DNA of 64,000 bases from a bacterium (GCA_965218795.1 OZ244653.1:4800001-4864000); one strand, 5' to 3'; shown: positions 30,313 to 42,213, numbered from the stretch's first letter. Notes: generated by a model not told the origin, from the letters alone. Translations and numbers: made by a program.

Positions 30313-31323
30313 CTAGAACTGAGACAGGAAACGTATATCATTTTCAAAAAACAGGCGGATGTCGTCGATTCCGTATTTGAGCATGGCGACCCGTTCCACC
30401 CCCAGACCAAACGCGAAGCCGGTCACCTCTTCGGGGTCGTATCCGACGAACCCATACACGTCCGGGTCCACCATCCCGGCCCCGAGAATCTCCAGCCAGC
30501 CGGTCGACCCGCAAACCCGGCAACCCTTCCCGCCGCACATGACGCACTGGATATCGACCTCGGCGCTCGGTTCGGTAAAGGGAAAAAAACTGGGTCGGAA
30601 TCGCACGCCCACCTCCTGGCCGAACATGCCGTGAACGAACGTGGAGAGGGTCCCGCGAAGATCGCCGAAGGTCACATGGCGGTCCACGAACAACCCCTCC
30701 ACCTGATGGAACATGGGCGAATGGGAGACATCGGCGTCCATTCGGTACACCTTGCCCGGGGCGATGATCTTCACGGGGGGCTTGCGTTTCTCCATCACGC
30801 GAATCTGGACGGGAGACGTATGGGTCCGGAGGAGCCTCGACTCTGAGAGATAAAATGTATCATGCATGTCGCGGGCTGGATGATCAGCCGGAATATTCAG
30901 GGCTTCGAAGTTGTAGTAATCGAGCTCGACTTCGGGTCCCTCCGCGATTTCAAACCCCAGCCGGTGGAATATCCTCAGAATCTCATCCATGACTTGTGAA
31001 ATCGGGTGTCGATGACCGTGGGGCAGTGATCGCCCCGGAAGCGTGACGTCAAATCCCGAAGCGGTCTTTTGGAGCGACGCTCGCCGAATGGCTTCCCGAC
31101 GTCTCTCAATGACGGCCTCGACTTCGGTTTCCACGGCATGGACGGCTTTGCCGAATTCGGGGCGCTGTTCTTTGGGAATATCACCCATGCGCTTCAGTTG
31201 CTGGGTCACGATTCCCTTCCGGCCCAGGAATCTGGCTTTGACGGAATAGAGTTCCTCTTCCGAGCGGGCCGCTTCCGCTTCCTCTGCTGCGATGCGCGGG
31301 AGATCCCTCAGGTCTTCACTCAT
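30313..31323 (-). CDS. pheS: Phenylalanine-tRNA ligase alpha subunit
   Basis: HPARDMHDTF, LLRTHTSPVQ, FPFTEPS, GFAFGLGVER. Confidence 0.98.
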   Translation of the reverse strand: MSEDLRDLPRIAAEEAEAARSEEELYSVKARFLGRKGIVTQQLKRMGDIPKEQRPEFGKAVHAVETEVEAVIERRREAIRRASLQKTASGFDVTLPGRSLPHGHRHPISQVMDEILRIFHRLGFEIAEGPEVELDYYNFEALNIPADHPARDMHDTFYLSESRLLRTHTSPVQIRVMEKRKPPVKIIAPGKVYRMDADVSHSPMFHQVEGLFVDRHVTFGDLRGTLSTFVHGMFGQEVGVRFRPSFFPFTEPSAEVDIQCVMCGGKGCRVCGSTGWLEILGAGMVDPDVYGFVGYDPEEVTGFAFGLGVERVAMLKYGIDDIRLFFENDIRFLSQF

Positions 31324-31476
31324 GAATCCTCGGCCTGAAAAAAGCAACGACCCTCCCTGATTCGGGCGGGTCGAATACGGAAAAGGTCATTCCCTGACCG
31401 GTGACGAAGTCGAAAGATTGGGCGCGTTGCGGCTGAAAAACCCGTACCGCATGGTCGGATCGCTGCTCGGGTGCGG

Positions 31477-31830
31477 TCACAGATGTTCTTTAGCGAGGGA
31501 GGCCAGTTTGGCAAACGCCTGCACGTCGTTGACAGCCAGATCGGCGAGGACCTTGCGGTCCAGAGAAACCTGCGCCTGTTGAAGGCCGTGAATGAACTGG
31601 CTGTAGGATAGGCCGTGCTCGCGGGTCGCCGCATTGATGCGAGTGATCCACAGTCGGCGGAACTGGCGCTTTCGTTGACGGCGATCGCGGTAAGCGAAAG
31701 CGAGACCCCGTTCTACCGTTTCGCGGGCAATGCGGAAGTTACTGTGCCTCCGACCCCAATAACCTTTCGCCTGCTTCAGGATTTTCTTATGCCTGCGCTT
31801 GGTCGCAGGGGAGCTTGTGGCGCGGGGCAT
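31477..31830 (-). CDS. rplT: 50S ribosomal protein L20
   Basis: [29 protein letters not shown]. Confidence 0.98.
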   Translation of the reverse strand: MPRATSSPATKRRHKKILKQAKGYWGRRHSNFRIARETVERGLAFAYRDRRQRKRQFRRLWITRINAATREHGLSYSQFIHGLQQAQVSLDRKVLADLAVNDVQAFAKLASLAKEHL

Positions 31831-31840
31831 GGCTCCACTC

Positions 31841-32038
31841 CTATCTCTTGCCGAGGAGAACGCGAACTCGCTGGGTATCTCCCGGTGAAGCCAGGGGGGA
31901 CTTTCTCAGCGACCGTTTTCGTTTCCTCGTCTTATGGGTCAACAGATGGCTCTTATATGCATGGTTGCGCCGCACCTTGCCTTTGCCAGTCAGACGAAAG
32001 CGCTTGGCGGCGCCGCGATTGGTCTTTAATTTCGGCAC
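31841..32038 (-). CDS. rpmI: 50S ribosomal protein L35
   Basis: [14 protein letters not shown]. Confidence 0.98.
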   Translation of the reverse strand: MPKLKTNRGAAKRFRLTGKGKVRRNHAYKSHLLTHKTRKRKRSLRKSPLASPGDTQRVRVLLGKR

Positions 32039-32063
32039 TGGTCAGGTTCTCCTTCCTGGAACA

Positions 32064-32615
32064 TCAGGATCCCTTCGTCGATACGGGAGCCAAAACCATC
32101 GACATGTTGCGACCTTCCTGGATCGGCTCTTGTTCGACCTGAGCGATTTCCTGGAGCTCTTCAATCATGCGGGTCATCAGGCGCATGCCCAAATGTTGAT
32201 GGGCCATTTCGCGGCCGCGAAACATGATGGTCACCTTCGCCTTGTTTCCTTCCCCCAGGAATCGTCGAATGTGCCGGGCCTTGAACTGAAAGTCATGCTC
32301 CTCGGTTTTCGGCCGAAGCTTGACTTCCTTGACGTGAATGACCTTCTGGTTCTTCTTCGCTTCGTTCGACCGTTTGCTTTGCTGGTACTTGAATCGGCCA
32401 TAATCCATGATCCGGCAAACCGGTGGATCACTGTTGGGCGATACCTCCACCAAGTCCAGACTCTGAGCATCGGCGGCCGCCAGCGCCTCCTCGATCGGAA
32501 GGATCCCCAGTTGCTCCCCATCGTCATCGACGACCCGAACCTCTCTGACCCGAATGTCTCGATTGATGCGCTGTGCCGGCTTCGGTTGGCTCCTGTCCAG
32601 GAATCGTCTGGCTAT
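32064..32615 (-). CDS. infC: Translation initiation factor IF-3 with a non-canonical ATA start
   Basis: The frame stays open upstream of the tracked ORF (IARRFLDRSQPKPAQRINRDIRVREVRVV) to an ATA at 32615 preceded by a G-rich SD; PPVCRIMDYG, MFRGRE. Confidence 0.92.
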   Translation of the reverse strand: MARRFLDRSQPKPAQRINRDIRVREVRVVDDDGEQLGILPIEEALAAADAQSLDLVEVSPNSDPPVCRIMDYGRFKYQQSKRSNEAKKNQKVIHVKEVKLRPKTEEHDFQFKARHIRRFLGEGNKAKVTIMFRGREMAHQHLGMRLMTRMIEELQEIAQVEQEPIQEGRNMSMVLAPVSTKGS

Positions 32616-32639
32616 ATCCCCGTCTCCCTCTCTTTCAGG

Positions 32640-34529
32640 TTAATTCTTGGTCGACCTCTCTGAGCGCAGTTCCGGCCCGACTCGGTCCAAAAACGCTTCC
32701 AGGGTCATCGCGCCCAAGTCGCCCTCGCTTCGATCCCGCACGGCAACGGTGCGCGATTCCTCTTCTCGATCACCCATGACGAACAAATAGGGAATCCGCT
32801 CCAGACGACCTTGCCTTATCTTGTAACCCAGCTTTTCATTTCGATCATCGACTTCCACCCGAATCCCCCGGTCTTTAAGGGTATCGGTCACCTCCCGTGC
32901 GTACCCGTGATTCCTGTCGGTGATGGGCAGGACCTTGACCTGAACGGGCGCAAGCCATAGGGGAAATGCCCCCGCGGTATGTTCGACCAGGGCGCCCACA
33001 AACCGCTCCAGGGAGCCAAGCAATGCCCGGTGGACCATGTAGGGTGTGTGAAAGCCGCCGTCGGGGCCCACATATTTCAGGTCGAACCGTCTGGGAAGGT
33101 TGAAGTCGAATTGGATGGTGGAGGCCTGCCAGCCCCGTCCAAGGGCATCGACAATCTTGACGTCGATTTTGGGACCATAAAATACGGCTTCCCCCTCGCA
33201 CCGCTTGTAGGGGAGATTCCGCTCCTCCAGGGCGCGCACCAAGGCAACTTCGGCCGATTCCCACTCTTCGTCGCTGCCCGCGTATTTTTCAGGCCGGTCC
33301 GGGTCCCTCACGCTCAGTTCCACATCGAATTCACTGAACCCGAACGTGGAAAGCATGTACAAGGTCAGGTCCAGGACGCCGAGAATCTCTCCCGGAAGCT
33401 GCTCGGGGGTGCAAAAGATGTGGCCGTCATCCTGGGTGAAGCCCCTGACCCGGAGCATTCCGTGGAGCACGCCCGATCGTTCATTGCGGTATACCGTACC
33501 CAACTCGGCGTAGCGGATCGGCAAATCCCGGTAACTTCGCCGTTGATTCTCATAGATCAGGATGTGGCCGGGGCAGTTCATGGGCTTGGCCACGTATTCC
33601 TCTTCGTCGACGGCGAGAGTGAACATGTTTTCCCGGTAATAGTCATAATGCCCCGAGGTGCGGAACAGGTTGGAATGAGCCAAATGCGGAATCACGACCA
33701 GCTCATAACCCGCCTTGACGTGTTCGTCTTCCCAGAATCGCTCGATAATCTTTCGCAACGTGGTGCCTCGCGGCAACCAGTACACCAGGCCGCTTCCCGC
33801 CTGCTCATGAATCAAGAACAGGCCCAGCTCTTTGCCCAGGGTACGGTGGTCCCGCAGGCGGGCCTCTTTCCGGATCTCGATGTACTCATCCAAGGCTTCT
33901 TGCGACGGGAAGGAAGTGCCATAGATGCGCTGAAGCATCTTGTTTCTCTCATCCCCGCGCCAGTAGGCACCTGCGACCGAAAGCAGCTTGACGGCTCCGA
34001 TAACCCCCGTCGATGGAACATGGGGACCCCTGCACAGATCCAGCCACTCCCCTTGGTGATAGACGGACACCGTGGAGTCGGGAATTTCATCAATCAGTTC
34101 CAGCTTATAGGGCTCATTCCGCGCCTTGAAGAGCGAACGGGCTTCCTCCTTCGATAAGGATTCACGCTCGAACGGTCGGTCCTCGCGTATGATCTCTTGC
34201 ATTCTTTTTTCGATCCGCTCCAGATCTTCCGGGGTGAACGGCTCGTCGCGGTCGAAGTCATAATAAAATCCGTTTTCGATGGGGGGTCCAATCGTCAATT
34301 GGATCCCTTCAAACAGATCCTGTACGGCCTCAGCCATGATGTGGGCGGTGCTGTGCCGGTACACTTCCTGGCCTTCCGGATCATCGAAAGTGATCAGGCG
34401 GTTGGCCGGTTCGTCTTCGAGACTGGCAAGATCCCTCATCTCACTGTTCACCTTCCAGACAAGGGGCTCTGCGTATACTTCGGGCTCGGCTTCTTTTTGA
34501 GTGCCCGCGGGAACTTCCGGCGCGCTCAT
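32640..34529 (-). CDS. thrS: Threonine-tRNA ligase
   Basis: HSTAH, DLCRGPH, GAYWRGD, KPMNCP, RVRGFTQDD, FYGPKID. Confidence 0.98.
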   Translation of the reverse strand: MSAPEVPAGTQKEAEPEVYAEPLVWKVNSEMRDLASLEDEPANRLITFDDPEGQEVYRHSTAHIMAEAVQDLFEGIQLTIGPPIENGFYYDFDRDEPFTPEDLERIEKRMQEIIREDRPFERESLSKEEARSLFKARNEPYKLELIDEIPDSTVSVYHQGEWLDLCRGPHVPSTGVIGAVKLLSVAGAYWRGDERNKMLQRIYGTSFPSQEALDEYIEIRKEARLRDHRTLGKELGLFLIHEQAGSGLVYWLPRGTTLRKIIERFWEDEHVKAGYELVVIPHLAHSNLFRTSGHYDYYRENMFTLAVDEEEYVAKPMNCPGHILIYENQRRSYRDLPIRYAELGTVYRNERSGVLHGMLRVRGFTQDDGHIFCTPEQLPGEILGVLDLTLYMLSTFGFSEFDVELSVRDPDRPEKYAGSDEEWESAEVALVRALEERNLPYKRCEGEAVFYGPKIDVKIVDALGRGWQASTIQFDFNLPRRFDLKYVGPDGGFHTPYMVHRALLGSLERFVGALVEHTAGAFPLWLAPVQVKVLPITDRNHGYAREVTDTLKDRGIRVEVDDRNEKLGYKIRQGRLERIPYLFVMGDREEESRTVAVRDRSEGDLGAMTLEAFLDRVGPELRSERSTKN

Positions 34530-34699
34530 ACGTCTTCCTCAAGACATCAAGACGAGAAAAGGCGCCTGGGAATCCACTCGGGCTCCCTTCGGTGCCTACG
34601 GGAACAGTGGCAGTCTTGTGGTTGAAGGCGAGACGATGTATCGGTTGAAATCAGGCTCTTCACCCTGCAAGCGATACCACACTCTTTCAATGATTTCAA

Positions 34700-34774
34700 T
34701 GGTAGGCACGGGCGGTTTCGAACCGCCGACCTCTTGCGCGTCAAGCAAGCGCTCTCCCCCTGAGCTACGTGCCT
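34700..34774 (-). tRNA. tRNA-Val(GAC)
   Basis: Cloverleaf AGGCACGTAGCTCAG...CTTGC-TTGACGC-GCAAG...GGTTCGAAACC...ACCA. Confidence 0.95.
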
Positions 34775-34865
34775 ACTGACCACAATCTGTCTATTTCATT
34801 GAATTGTTGAGCCGAACGGCATCATTGTCAAGGAAAAACACGCCCTTTCAGCGTCCACTCGGCCA

Positions 34866-37304
34866 TCAGTTCGGAAGAGCCGCTTTCGTTCGTTCGGCCC
34901 GGTGCCTCGATCGAATCCCCGGTTTTCTTTTCGCCAGACTTTTCTCTGATTTCATCAACGCGAACGGGAGTATCTCATCCACGTGATCGACCAGCCGAAT
35001 ATTTATGGCCCGTCGGATGGCGGGAGGTATTTCCTGCAGATCCCGCTCATTCTCGACGGGAAGGAAGACTGTTTCGCAATCGGCCTGATGGGCGGCCAGA
35101 ATCTTTTCCTTGATCCCGCCCACGGGGAGGATTTTTCCCCTCAGCGTGATTTCGCCCGTCATGCAGATGGATTTCCGGACCTTGCGCCGGGAAAGAGCTG
35201 ATATCAGGGCAATGACCATGGTGACTCCCGCCGACGGACCGTCTTTGGGAATGGCCCCCTCGGGTACATGGATGTGGATGTCCTGTTTTTTGTAAAAATC
35301 CCGAGGAAGATCGAGCGCCTCTGCTTTGGATCGGACATAGCTGACCGCGGCCCTGGCGGATTCCTGAAGGACTTCACCAAGCTTGCCGGTCAGGGTCAGC
35401 CGGCCCGTTCCCGGCATCAGCCCGATTTCCGTCAGGAGTAACTCCCCGCCGTTCTGGGTCCAGGCCAATCCGGTCGCAACGCCGATTTCGGAGGATTCGA
35501 CGCCTTTGGTGATTCGATGCCGAGGAATACCAATGAAGCTTTCAAGGTTGCCCGCATGGATGCGCACCGGCCCCTTGCTTCCCCCGGAAGCCACGCGCTT
35601 CGCCGCCTTTCGGCAGAGGGAGGCGATTTCCCGTTCCAGATTCCGGACCCCCGCTTCACGCGTATACTCCCGCTGGATTCGTTCGACCGTTTTGCGGGAG
35701 ATTCGAACCTGCTCCTGCTTCAGACCGTGTTGTTCAATCTGTTTGGGTAAGAGGAACCGGGTGGCGATTTTTGTTTTTTCATGGTGGGTATAGCCGGGGA
35801 TCCGGATGACTTCCAGCCGGTCCCGAAGGGTGGCCTGGATTCCGTCCAGGATATTGGCGGTCGCAATGAAGAAGACCTGGGACAGATCATAATCCACTTC
35901 CAGGTAATGGTCGCTGAAGGTCTTGTTCTGTTCCGGGTCCAGGACTTCCAGGAGGGCGCTTGTCGGGTCTCCCCGGAAATCGGAAGTCAACTTGTCGATC
36001 TCGTCGAGCATGAGGACCGGATTGATCGTTCCGACCCGATGCATGCTCTGGATAATCCTGCCTGGAAGGGAGCCGATATAGGTACGCCGATGTCCCCGGA
36101 TTTCCGCCTCATCCCGGATCCCGCCCAATGAGATGCGGGCGAATTTCCGGTTTGTCGCCTTTGCGATGGAGCGGCCCAGGGAAGTCTTGCCGACACCGGG
36201 AGGTCCGACCAGGCAGAGGATGGGTCCCCTGGGCTTTCGAACGAGCCGGCGAACCGCCAGGTACTCGAGAATCCGTTCCTTCACCTTTTTCAACCCATGG
36301 TGGTCCTCATCGAGAACGGCCTGCGCGTGGGCGATGTCGAGCTTCTCCCGCGATCGTTTGGCCCAGGGGAGTTCCACGAGCCACTCGATATAGTTTCGTA
36401 CCACCGTGCCTTCAGCGGACATGGGCGGCATGGATTCCAGTCTGCGAATTTCCTTTTCCGTCTTCTCGGCGACTCCAGCGGGCATCTTCGCCTTTTTGGC
36501 CTTCTCCCGCAGTTCCTCCACTTCAGAGTGTAGATCATCGGCCGTCCCAAGCTCTTCTTGGATGGCCCTCATCTGCTCCGTAAGGTAAAATTCCTTCTGA
36601 CTTCGTTCGATACGCTTCTTGACACGCCCTCGGATTTCCCTTTCCACGGACAATACTTCGATTTCCCCGTTGAGGAGCTCCAACAGGTTTTCCAGTCTTT
36701 TCCGTAGATCGAGTTGTTCGAGTATGCGCTGCTTGTCGGCCAGCTTCAGCGTGAGGTTTCCGGCAATGGTATCGGCCATGGCGGCGGAATTCGGGGCGTT
36801 CTCCACCGCGGTCAGGACTTCGGGCGGGATTCGCTGACTGAGTTTCAAATACTCCTCGAATCGGCTGATGACTTGTCGGGCCATCGCCTTCTCTTCCGTG
36901 CCGTCGGCACTGTCTTCCGGAAGATCGACGATATCCGCCCACAGGAATTTTTCCCTTTCATGGATGCGGGCCGCCCCAATCCGCCCGACACCCTCCACAA
37001 GCATCTTGACGGTACCATCCGGCAAATTGGCCGCCTGAACAATCTCCCCCCGGGTTCCGACGGAAAAGAAGTCGCCCTCCAATGGGTCCTCCACCCTCGC
37101 ATCCCGCTGTGCGATGAGAGCGATTTGGGTCCCGTCGTCCATGACTTTTCCGACTGCATTGAGCGATTTCTCCCGCCCGACGAACAGCGGAATCATGATG
37201 TGTGGAAAGACGACGATATCCCGCAGGGGTAGAACGGGAAGGCTGTCATGGGGAGCACGTGGTTCGTCGTGAAATGCTTCGGTCGTGGAGTCGTCAGAGT
37301 GCAT
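34866..37304 (-). CDS. lon: Lon protease
   Basis: [32 protein letters not shown]; start placed at MHSDD. Confidence 0.98.
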   Translation of the reverse strand: MHSDDSTTEAFHDEPRAPHDSLPVLPLRDIVVFPHIMIPLFVGREKSLNAVGKVMDDGTQIALIAQRDARVEDPLEGDFFSVGTRGEIVQAANLPDGTVKMLVEGVGRIGAARIHEREKFLWADIVDLPEDSADGTEEKAMARQVISRFEEYLKLSQRIPPEVLTAVENAPNSAAMADTIAGNLTLKLADKQRILEQLDLRKRLENLLELLNGEIEVLSVEREIRGRVKKRIERSQKEFYLTEQMRAIQEELGTADDLHSEVEELREKAKKAKMPAGVAEKTEKEIRRLESMPPMSAEGTVVRNYIEWLVELPWAKRSREKLDIAHAQAVLDEDHHGLKKVKERILEYLAVRRLVRKPRGPILCLVGPPGVGKTSLGRSIAKATNRKFARISLGGIRDEAEIRGHRRTYIGSLPGRIIQSMHRVGTINPVLMLDEIDKLTSDFRGDPTSALLEVLDPEQNKTFSDHYLEVDYDLSQVFFIATANILDGIQATLRDRLEVIRIPGYTHHEKTKIATRFLLPKQIEQHGLKQEQVRISRKTVERIQREYTREAGVRNLEREIASLCRKAAKRVASGGSKGPVRIHAGNLESFIGIPRHRITKGVESSEIGVATGLAWTQNGGELLLTEIGLMPGTGRLTLTGKLGEVLQESARAAVSYVRSKAEALDLPRDFYKKQDIHIHVPEGAIPKDGPSAGVTMVIALISALSRRKVRKSICMTGEITLRGKILPVGGIKEKILAAHQADCETVFLPVENERDLQEIPPAIRRAINIRLVDHVDEILPFALMKSEKSLAKRKPGIRSRHRAERTKAALPN

Positions 37305-37323
37305 CAATCGGTGGGCAGGCTCC

Positions 37324-38568
37324 TCAGCTCGCTCGTTTCTTTTCGTACACGAGGATAGGAGGTTCCTTGAGGTGGACCACCTCATCCGTGATGACGCATT
37401 CCTTCACATCGGCGCGAGAGGGGATCTCATACATGGTGTCCAGCATGATTTCCTCGAGGATGGAGCGTAGACCCCGCGCCCCCGTTTTTCGCCTGTGTGC
37501 CTGCTGCGCAATGGCGGTCAAGGCTTCCTCGGTAAAGCGGAGCGCGACGTTCTCAAACTCGAAAAGCTTTGTGTACTGCTTGATGAGGGCGTTCTTCGGT
37601 TCACTCAGGACCTTCACGAGGGATGCCTCATCGAGTTCATCCAGGTAAGCCGTGACGGGGAGGCGGCCCACGAACTCGGGAATGAGACCGTATTTCAGCA
37701 AGTCCTCAGGCTGAACCTTGGAGAAGATCTCCCCAATTGTCATATCGTCCCGGCTTCGGATCTCCGCCCCGAATCCCATCGCGCTCGAACCGACCCGGCG
37801 CTGGATGATCTGCTCCAAGCCGGTAAAGGCCCCGCCACAGATGAAGAACACGTGCGTCGTGTCGACTTGGAGGAATTCCTGGTGAGGGTGTTTGCGTCCG
37901 CCCTGCGGGGGAACGTTGGCGACGCTACCTTCGATGATCTTCAGAAGCGCCTGCTGGACGCCTTCGCCGGATACGTCCCGCGTGATCGAGGGGTTCTCCG
38001 ACTTCCGGCTGATCTTATCGATCTCATCAATGTAAATGATTCCCCGCTCGGCCCGCTGGACGTCATAGTCGGCGTTCTGAAGAAGCTTCAGAACGATATT
38101 TTCGACATCCTCTCCGACATACCCGGCTTCTGTAAGCGTCGTCGCATCTACGATAGCGAAGGGAACGTCCAGGATCCGGGCCATGGTCTGGGCGAGAAGT
38201 GTCTTTCCAGAACCCGTGGGACCGATCAACAGGACGTTGCTCTTTTGAATTTCAATATCGTTCAGATCGATGTTTGCTTCGATCCGCTTATAGTGGTTGT
38301 GGATGGCAACGGAAAGGATGCGCTTCGAGGTTTCCTGTCCGACCACATATTCATCGAGGGTGGATTTGATTTCCTTCGGCTTCGGGAGGCGCTGCATTTC
38401 CCGGGCCTTCTCCTGCGTCCAGTCCTCCACAATGATGTCGTTACAAAGGTCGATGCACTCGTCGCAAATGAAGACGGTGGGCCCGGCGATCAGTTTCTTC
38501 ACATCAGCGTTGCTTTTTCCGCAGAAAGAGCATCTCAAGGTTTGGTCCTGATCGTTTTTCTTTGGCAT
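37324..38568 (-). CDS. clpX: ClpX ATPase
   Basis: CSFCGK zinc domain, [23 protein letters not shown]. Confidence 0.98.
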   Translation of the reverse strand: MPKKNDQDQTLRCSFCGKSNADVKKLIAGPTVFICDECIDLCNDIIVEDWTQEKAREMQRLPKPKEIKSTLDEYVVGQETSKRILSVAIHNHYKRIEANIDLNDIEIQKSNVLLIGPTGSGKTLLAQTMARILDVPFAIVDATTLTEAGYVGEDVENIVLKLLQNADYDVQRAERGIIYIDEIDKISRKSENPSITRDVSGEGVQQALLKIIEGSVANVPPQGGRKHPHQEFLQVDTTHVFFICGGAFTGLEQIIQRRVGSSAMGFGAEIRSRDDMTIGEIFSKVQPEDLLKYGLIPEFVGRLPVTAYLDELDEASLVKVLSEPKNALIKQYTKLFEFENVALRFTEEALTAIAQQAHRRKTGARGLRSILEEIMLDTMYEIPSRADVKECVITDEVVHLKEPPILVYEKKRAS

Positions 38569-38611
38569 GGCTCCGTCTTTCGCTCCGGGGCATCAGCCGC
38601 CGATGAGGCTT

Positions 38612-39241
38612 CTAGTCCCCGGAAGAGGCCTTCTCTTTCTTGAGTGGAAGGTCCCTGGAAACGATGACATCATCAATGAGACCATATTTTTTTGCGTCTT
38701 CTCCGCTCATGAAAAAATCACGATCGGTGTCAGTCTGGATTCGGTCCCTGGTCTGACCGGAGTGGCGCACCAGGATTTCATTGAGGGTTTCCCGCATTCG
38801 CAGGATCTCGCGGGCGTGGATGTCGATATCCGTCGCTTGGCCTTGGACCCCCGCGAGAGGCTGGTGAATCATGATCCGGGCGTGGGGGAGGGCGTATCGT
38901 TTTCCCTCGGTGCCCGCGCCGAGCAGCAGCGCACCCATACTGGCCGCCTGCCCGATGCAGATCGTCGAGATGGCGGGCCGAATGTATTGCAAGGTGTCAT
39001 ATATCGCAAGGCCGGCGGTCACAACGCCCCCCGGGCAGTTAATATACAGGTAGATGTCCTGATCGGGATCCTCCGCCTCCAGGAACAGCAGTTGGGCAAC
39101 CAAAAGGTTTGAGATGGCGTCGTCAATGGGGGTGCCCAGGAAGACGATGCGATCCTTCAAAAGCCGCGAGTAGATGTCGTAGGCCCGTTCGCCGCGGGAG
39201 TTCTGCTCGACCACCATGGGTACGAGATGAGCACGTTCCAA
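38612..39241 (-). CDS. clpP: ClpP protease subunit
   Basis: [22 protein letters not shown]. Confidence 0.98.
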   Translation of the reverse strand: MERAHLVPMVVEQNSRGERAYDIYSRLLKDRIVFLGTPIDDAISNLLVAQLLFLEAEDPDQDIYLYINCPGGVVTAGLAIYDTLQYIRPAISTICIGQAASMGALLLGAGTEGKRYALPHARIMIHQPLAGVQGQATDIDIHAREILRMRETLNEILVRHSGQTRDRIQTDTDRDFFMSGEDAKKYGLIDDVIVSRDLPLKKEKASSGD

Positions 39242-39243
39242 GG

Positions 39244-40608
39244 CTATTCCTCCGCCGCCGATGCGGCCGGCAATGGGGATTCATCTTCGTCGTCGGCGTC
39301 ATGGTCGTGCGTATGCCCGGCCAAAACGCTCTGTTCGTCCTCTATGGATACGATGTGTGCCTTCTCGATGATGTGGTCCAGTGCTTTTTCGCGCCGAATT
39401 TTTTCTGCGATGCCCGCCAGGCCGTCTCTTTTCTCCAGGAAGGCGCGAAATTCAGGATAGGGTCTGCTGTATTGCTTCGCCATTTGGCGAATTTCAGCTT
39501 CCACCTGTGAGGGCGTCACGCGGACGTCCACCTCGCCCGCCACCCGCTCCAAGAGAATTCGCTGCCGTACGTTTTTCCGCGCCTGCGGATCGAGATCGGC
39601 GGACAGTTTCTCCTGATCCAGATTGTCGCGCTCCTCGGGCGACACCATGGCTTGAATTTGCCGGAAGAGTGCATTGGATTCCGATTCGACCAGCCCTTTA
39701 GGCAGTTCAACCTGAATTTCTTCGGCCAGGGTTTCGAGGACATTCTTTCTCAGGGCGGCATCGCCTTGCCGGTCGGCATTTTTCTCCAAATCCTCGCGGA
39801 TGGCTGCCTGGACATCATCAAGGGTTTCGTACTCTCCAAGTGATTTTGCGAATTCGTCATCCAGCTCCGGATAGATCGGCACCTTGATTTCCTTGACGGT
39901 CACTCTGAAATGTACGACCTTCCCCGCCAGTTCGGCGTTGGAATGATTTTCGGGGAAATTCACTTCCACCTGCAGGGACTCGTCGATGACCGCTCCCGGG
40001 AGCGTCTTTTCAATTTCGGGGAGAAGGGTGTTTTTTCCGACCTGGAACGCCTGGTCTTGCGATTTCAGATCGTCGCGCTCGATGCCGTCCAACGCGCCCG
40101 TAATATCGAGGATGACGTAATCTCCGTCCTGGACGGGTCGATCATCCGCGTTCTCAAGTTGGGCGTTCTGTTCCCTGACACGCTCCAGCATGTGCTCCAC
40201 ATCTTCATCCCGAACGCGGGGGATGGGCTTGTCGAATTCGCGGCCTTCAAAGGGGGGTGAATCGAACGGCGGAATCACCTCAATCGTCGCTTTGAAGCTC
40301 AGGGATTTCCCCTCGTCCATCTCTACGGCCTCCACCTTCGGCTGCCCGACCGCTTCAAGCGAGGTCTCCTTCAGCGCAGCCGAATACGACTCGGGGATGA
40401 GGCTTTCCAGAACTTCCCGCTCCACGACATCGCGGTGATTTCGAATGATGATGCTCCGGGGAACCTTCCCCTTGCGGAAGCCGGGGACGCGGATGCTCTT
40501 CTGGAAGCGTTGATACACGCGCTCGAAAGCACGACTGACCTCCTCGGCGGGCACCTCAATGGAAAGCCGCTTGGTGCAAGCGTCGATCTCTTCTATTTCT
40601 AATTGCAT
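39244..40608 (-). CDS. tig: Trigger factor
   Basis: PGFRKGKVP motif, FKBP-like domain, upstream of clpP. Confidence 0.97.
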   Translation of the reverse strand: MQLEIEEIDACTKRLSIEVPAEEVSRAFERVYQRFQKSIRVPGFRKGKVPRSIIIRNHRDVVEREVLESLIPESYSAALKETSLEAVGQPKVEAVEMDEGKSLSFKATIEVIPPFDSPPFEGREFDKPIPRVRDEDVEHMLERVREQNAQLENADDRPVQDGDYVILDITGALDGIERDDLKSQDQAFQVGKNTLLPEIEKTLPGAVIDESLQVEVNFPENHSNAELAGKVVHFRVTVKEIKVPIYPELDDEFAKSLGEYETLDDVQAAIREDLEKNADRQGDAALRKNVLETLAEEIQVELPKGLVESESNALFRQIQAMVSPEERDNLDQEKLSADLDPQARKNVRQRILLERVAGEVDVRVTPSQVEAEIRQMAKQYSRPYPEFRAFLEKRDGLAGIAEKIRREKALDHIIEKAHIVSIEDEQSVLAGHTHDHDADDEDESPLPAASAAEE

Positions 40609-40679
40609 GGGGCTTTCGCAGTATGAAACAGTTCGCGGAAATCAATGGATGCGGGAAAGCCGAATGGCGAATCGGGCGG

Positions 40680-40763
40680 TGGTGCGAGAGGGGGGATTTG
40701 AACCCCCACGCCCGAAGGCACTAGATCCTAAATCTAGCGCGTCTGCCATTCCGCCACCCTCGC
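40680..40763 (-). tRNA. tRNA-Leu(TAG)
   Basis: GCGAGGGTGGCGGAATGGCAGAC...CTAGA-TTTAGGA-TCTAG, long variable arm, CCA end. Confidence 0.95.
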
Positions 40764-40809
40764 TGACGACCTCGGGACCCGTTCAGAGGGACCGTCGGGT
40801 GAGCTTGTT

Positions 40810-40885
40810 TGGTGAGCCGCCAGGGAATCGAACCCCGAACCCACGGATTAAGAGTCCGTTGCTCTGCCAGTTGAGCTAGCGGCCC
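40810..40885 (-). tRNA. tRNA-Lys(CTT)
   Basis: GGGCCGCTAGCTCAA...ACGGA-CTCTTAA-TCCGT...CCA. Confidence 0.95.
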
Positions 40886-40990
40886 ATCTGAATTCGGTGC
40901 ACCCATTGAGGGGAGGCGTTCCGACAGGCGCGCCGGTGGACATCCATCTTCCCCCCCAATGAGCAGGCGCAGCATCATTTTGCCTGCGAA

Positions 40991-41068
40991 TGGGGTGAGC
41001 GAAGGGATTCGAACCCTCGACCCCTGGGACCACAACCCAGTGCTCTAACCAGCTGAGCTACGCTCACC
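40991..41068 (-). tRNA. tRNA-His(GTG)
   Basis: GGTGAGCGTAGCTCAG...CTGGG-TTGTGGT-CCCAG...CCCCA, with an encoded G-1. Confidence 0.95.
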
Positions 41069-41085
41069 GTAAGCTTCAAATGTCA

Positions 41086-41162
<77 letters not shown>

Positions 41163-41239
41163 ATGGAATCAAGAGTTTCCATCGCGCGGAAAGGGTGGGC
41201 AATCCCTGGTTACATCAGCCCTTCCGGGCCTGGATTGAA

Positions 41240-41268
41240 AATCTAACGCCCTATCGGAGGGTTGTCAA
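41240..41268 (-). promoter_or_regulatory. Sigma70 promoter of the tRNA-tig-clpPX-lon cluster
   Basis: TTGACA-N17-TAGATT on the minus strand, about 80 nt upstream of tRNA-Arg. Confidence 0.75.
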
Positions 41269-41455
41269 GGATTCTCCATTCACCTGGGCTTCATCCCTGC
41301 ATTCCAATCCCCGGAGTTGTCAACGGACCGGTGATGCTCTAGGATCACAGCCCGCATCAAGGGCTTCCGAAAAATTCGGACACTCGAGTTCCCTTCCGTT
41401 TCAAGGAGTTCCCTGGTCTTTGGACGATTCCGCCCCTTCCTCTGCGCAGAAGACA

Positions 41456-41875
41456 ATGGCGTATATCCACGCCAACCGTCATCGAATCATCCCTTTCCTC
41501 GTAGTGGGAGGCACGGCTTTCCTGGTGAATTGGGGACTTTTCAAACTGTTTCGGGTAGCGGGGATGACCTCCCGGCCTCAGGTGTTTGGCGCTTTCCTCA
41601 TCTCGATGGAGCTCAGCATCCTCTGTAATTTTGCTCTCCAGTATCAATGGACCTGGAAGGATACGCAGCGGCTGCGGGGGTGGAGCCTTTTCATGAAACT
41701 GGCGGCCTTCCACGGAGCGGTGGGAGCGGGCGCGGTCTTCAGGATGATTCTGTTTCCGATAGGCCAGGTCTTGCGGATTCAGGATGATCTGAATCTGATG
41801 ATCGGCGTCGGAGCCGCAACATTCATAGATTTCCTGCTTTACGACAGAGTCGTTTTCAAAAAGGCTCCGCATTGA
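41456..41875 (+). CDS. GtrA-like small membrane protein (alternative TTG start at 41420)
   Basis: FLVVGGTAFLVNW, SILCNFALQYQWTW, FLLYDRVVFK; about four TM segments. Confidence 0.82.
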   Translation: MAYIHANRHRIIPFLVVGGTAFLVNWGLFKLFRVAGMTSRPQVFGAFLISMELSILCNFALQYQWTWKDTQRLRGWSLFMKLAAFHGAVGAGAVFRMILFPIGQVLRIQDDLNLMIGVGAATFIDFLLYDRVVFKKAPH

Positions 41876-41922
41876 GCAGACAGGAGGTTCCTTTTCCACC
41901 TGCAAAGTGCGTCCAGCCTGGA

Positions 41923-42213
41923 TCAGTCGACTCGTTCATTGGCGCCGGTTGCATAGTCGGCATACCTTTGTTCACAAGGTACCGGTCGTTCATATCCAAG
42001 AAACCTTTCCCAATCCATGTGAATGGTTGCATCGACGCCGGCTTCCCGGGCCTTGCTCTGCAGGAAAAGCTGTAATTCCATCAGCACGCCGCTTTCGTCA
42101 AAAAGTTCTTGTTGCGATGAACGCAGCGTTTGAAACAGCGCCCTGTAGATCTCCTTGACCTCTTCGATGGAACACATCAACTGGATACCGACGTCTTTTT
42201 CCTGAATTTCCAT
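41923..42213 (-). CDS. Hypothetical protein (96 aa)
   Basis: SD GAGGGAAGAG before MEIQEK; protein-like composition; family not recognised. Confidence 0.65.
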   Translation of the reverse strand: MEIQEKDVGIQLMCSIEEVKEIYRALFQTLRSSQQELFDESGVLMELQLFLQSKAREAGVDATIHMDWERFLGYERPVPCEQRYADYATGANERVD

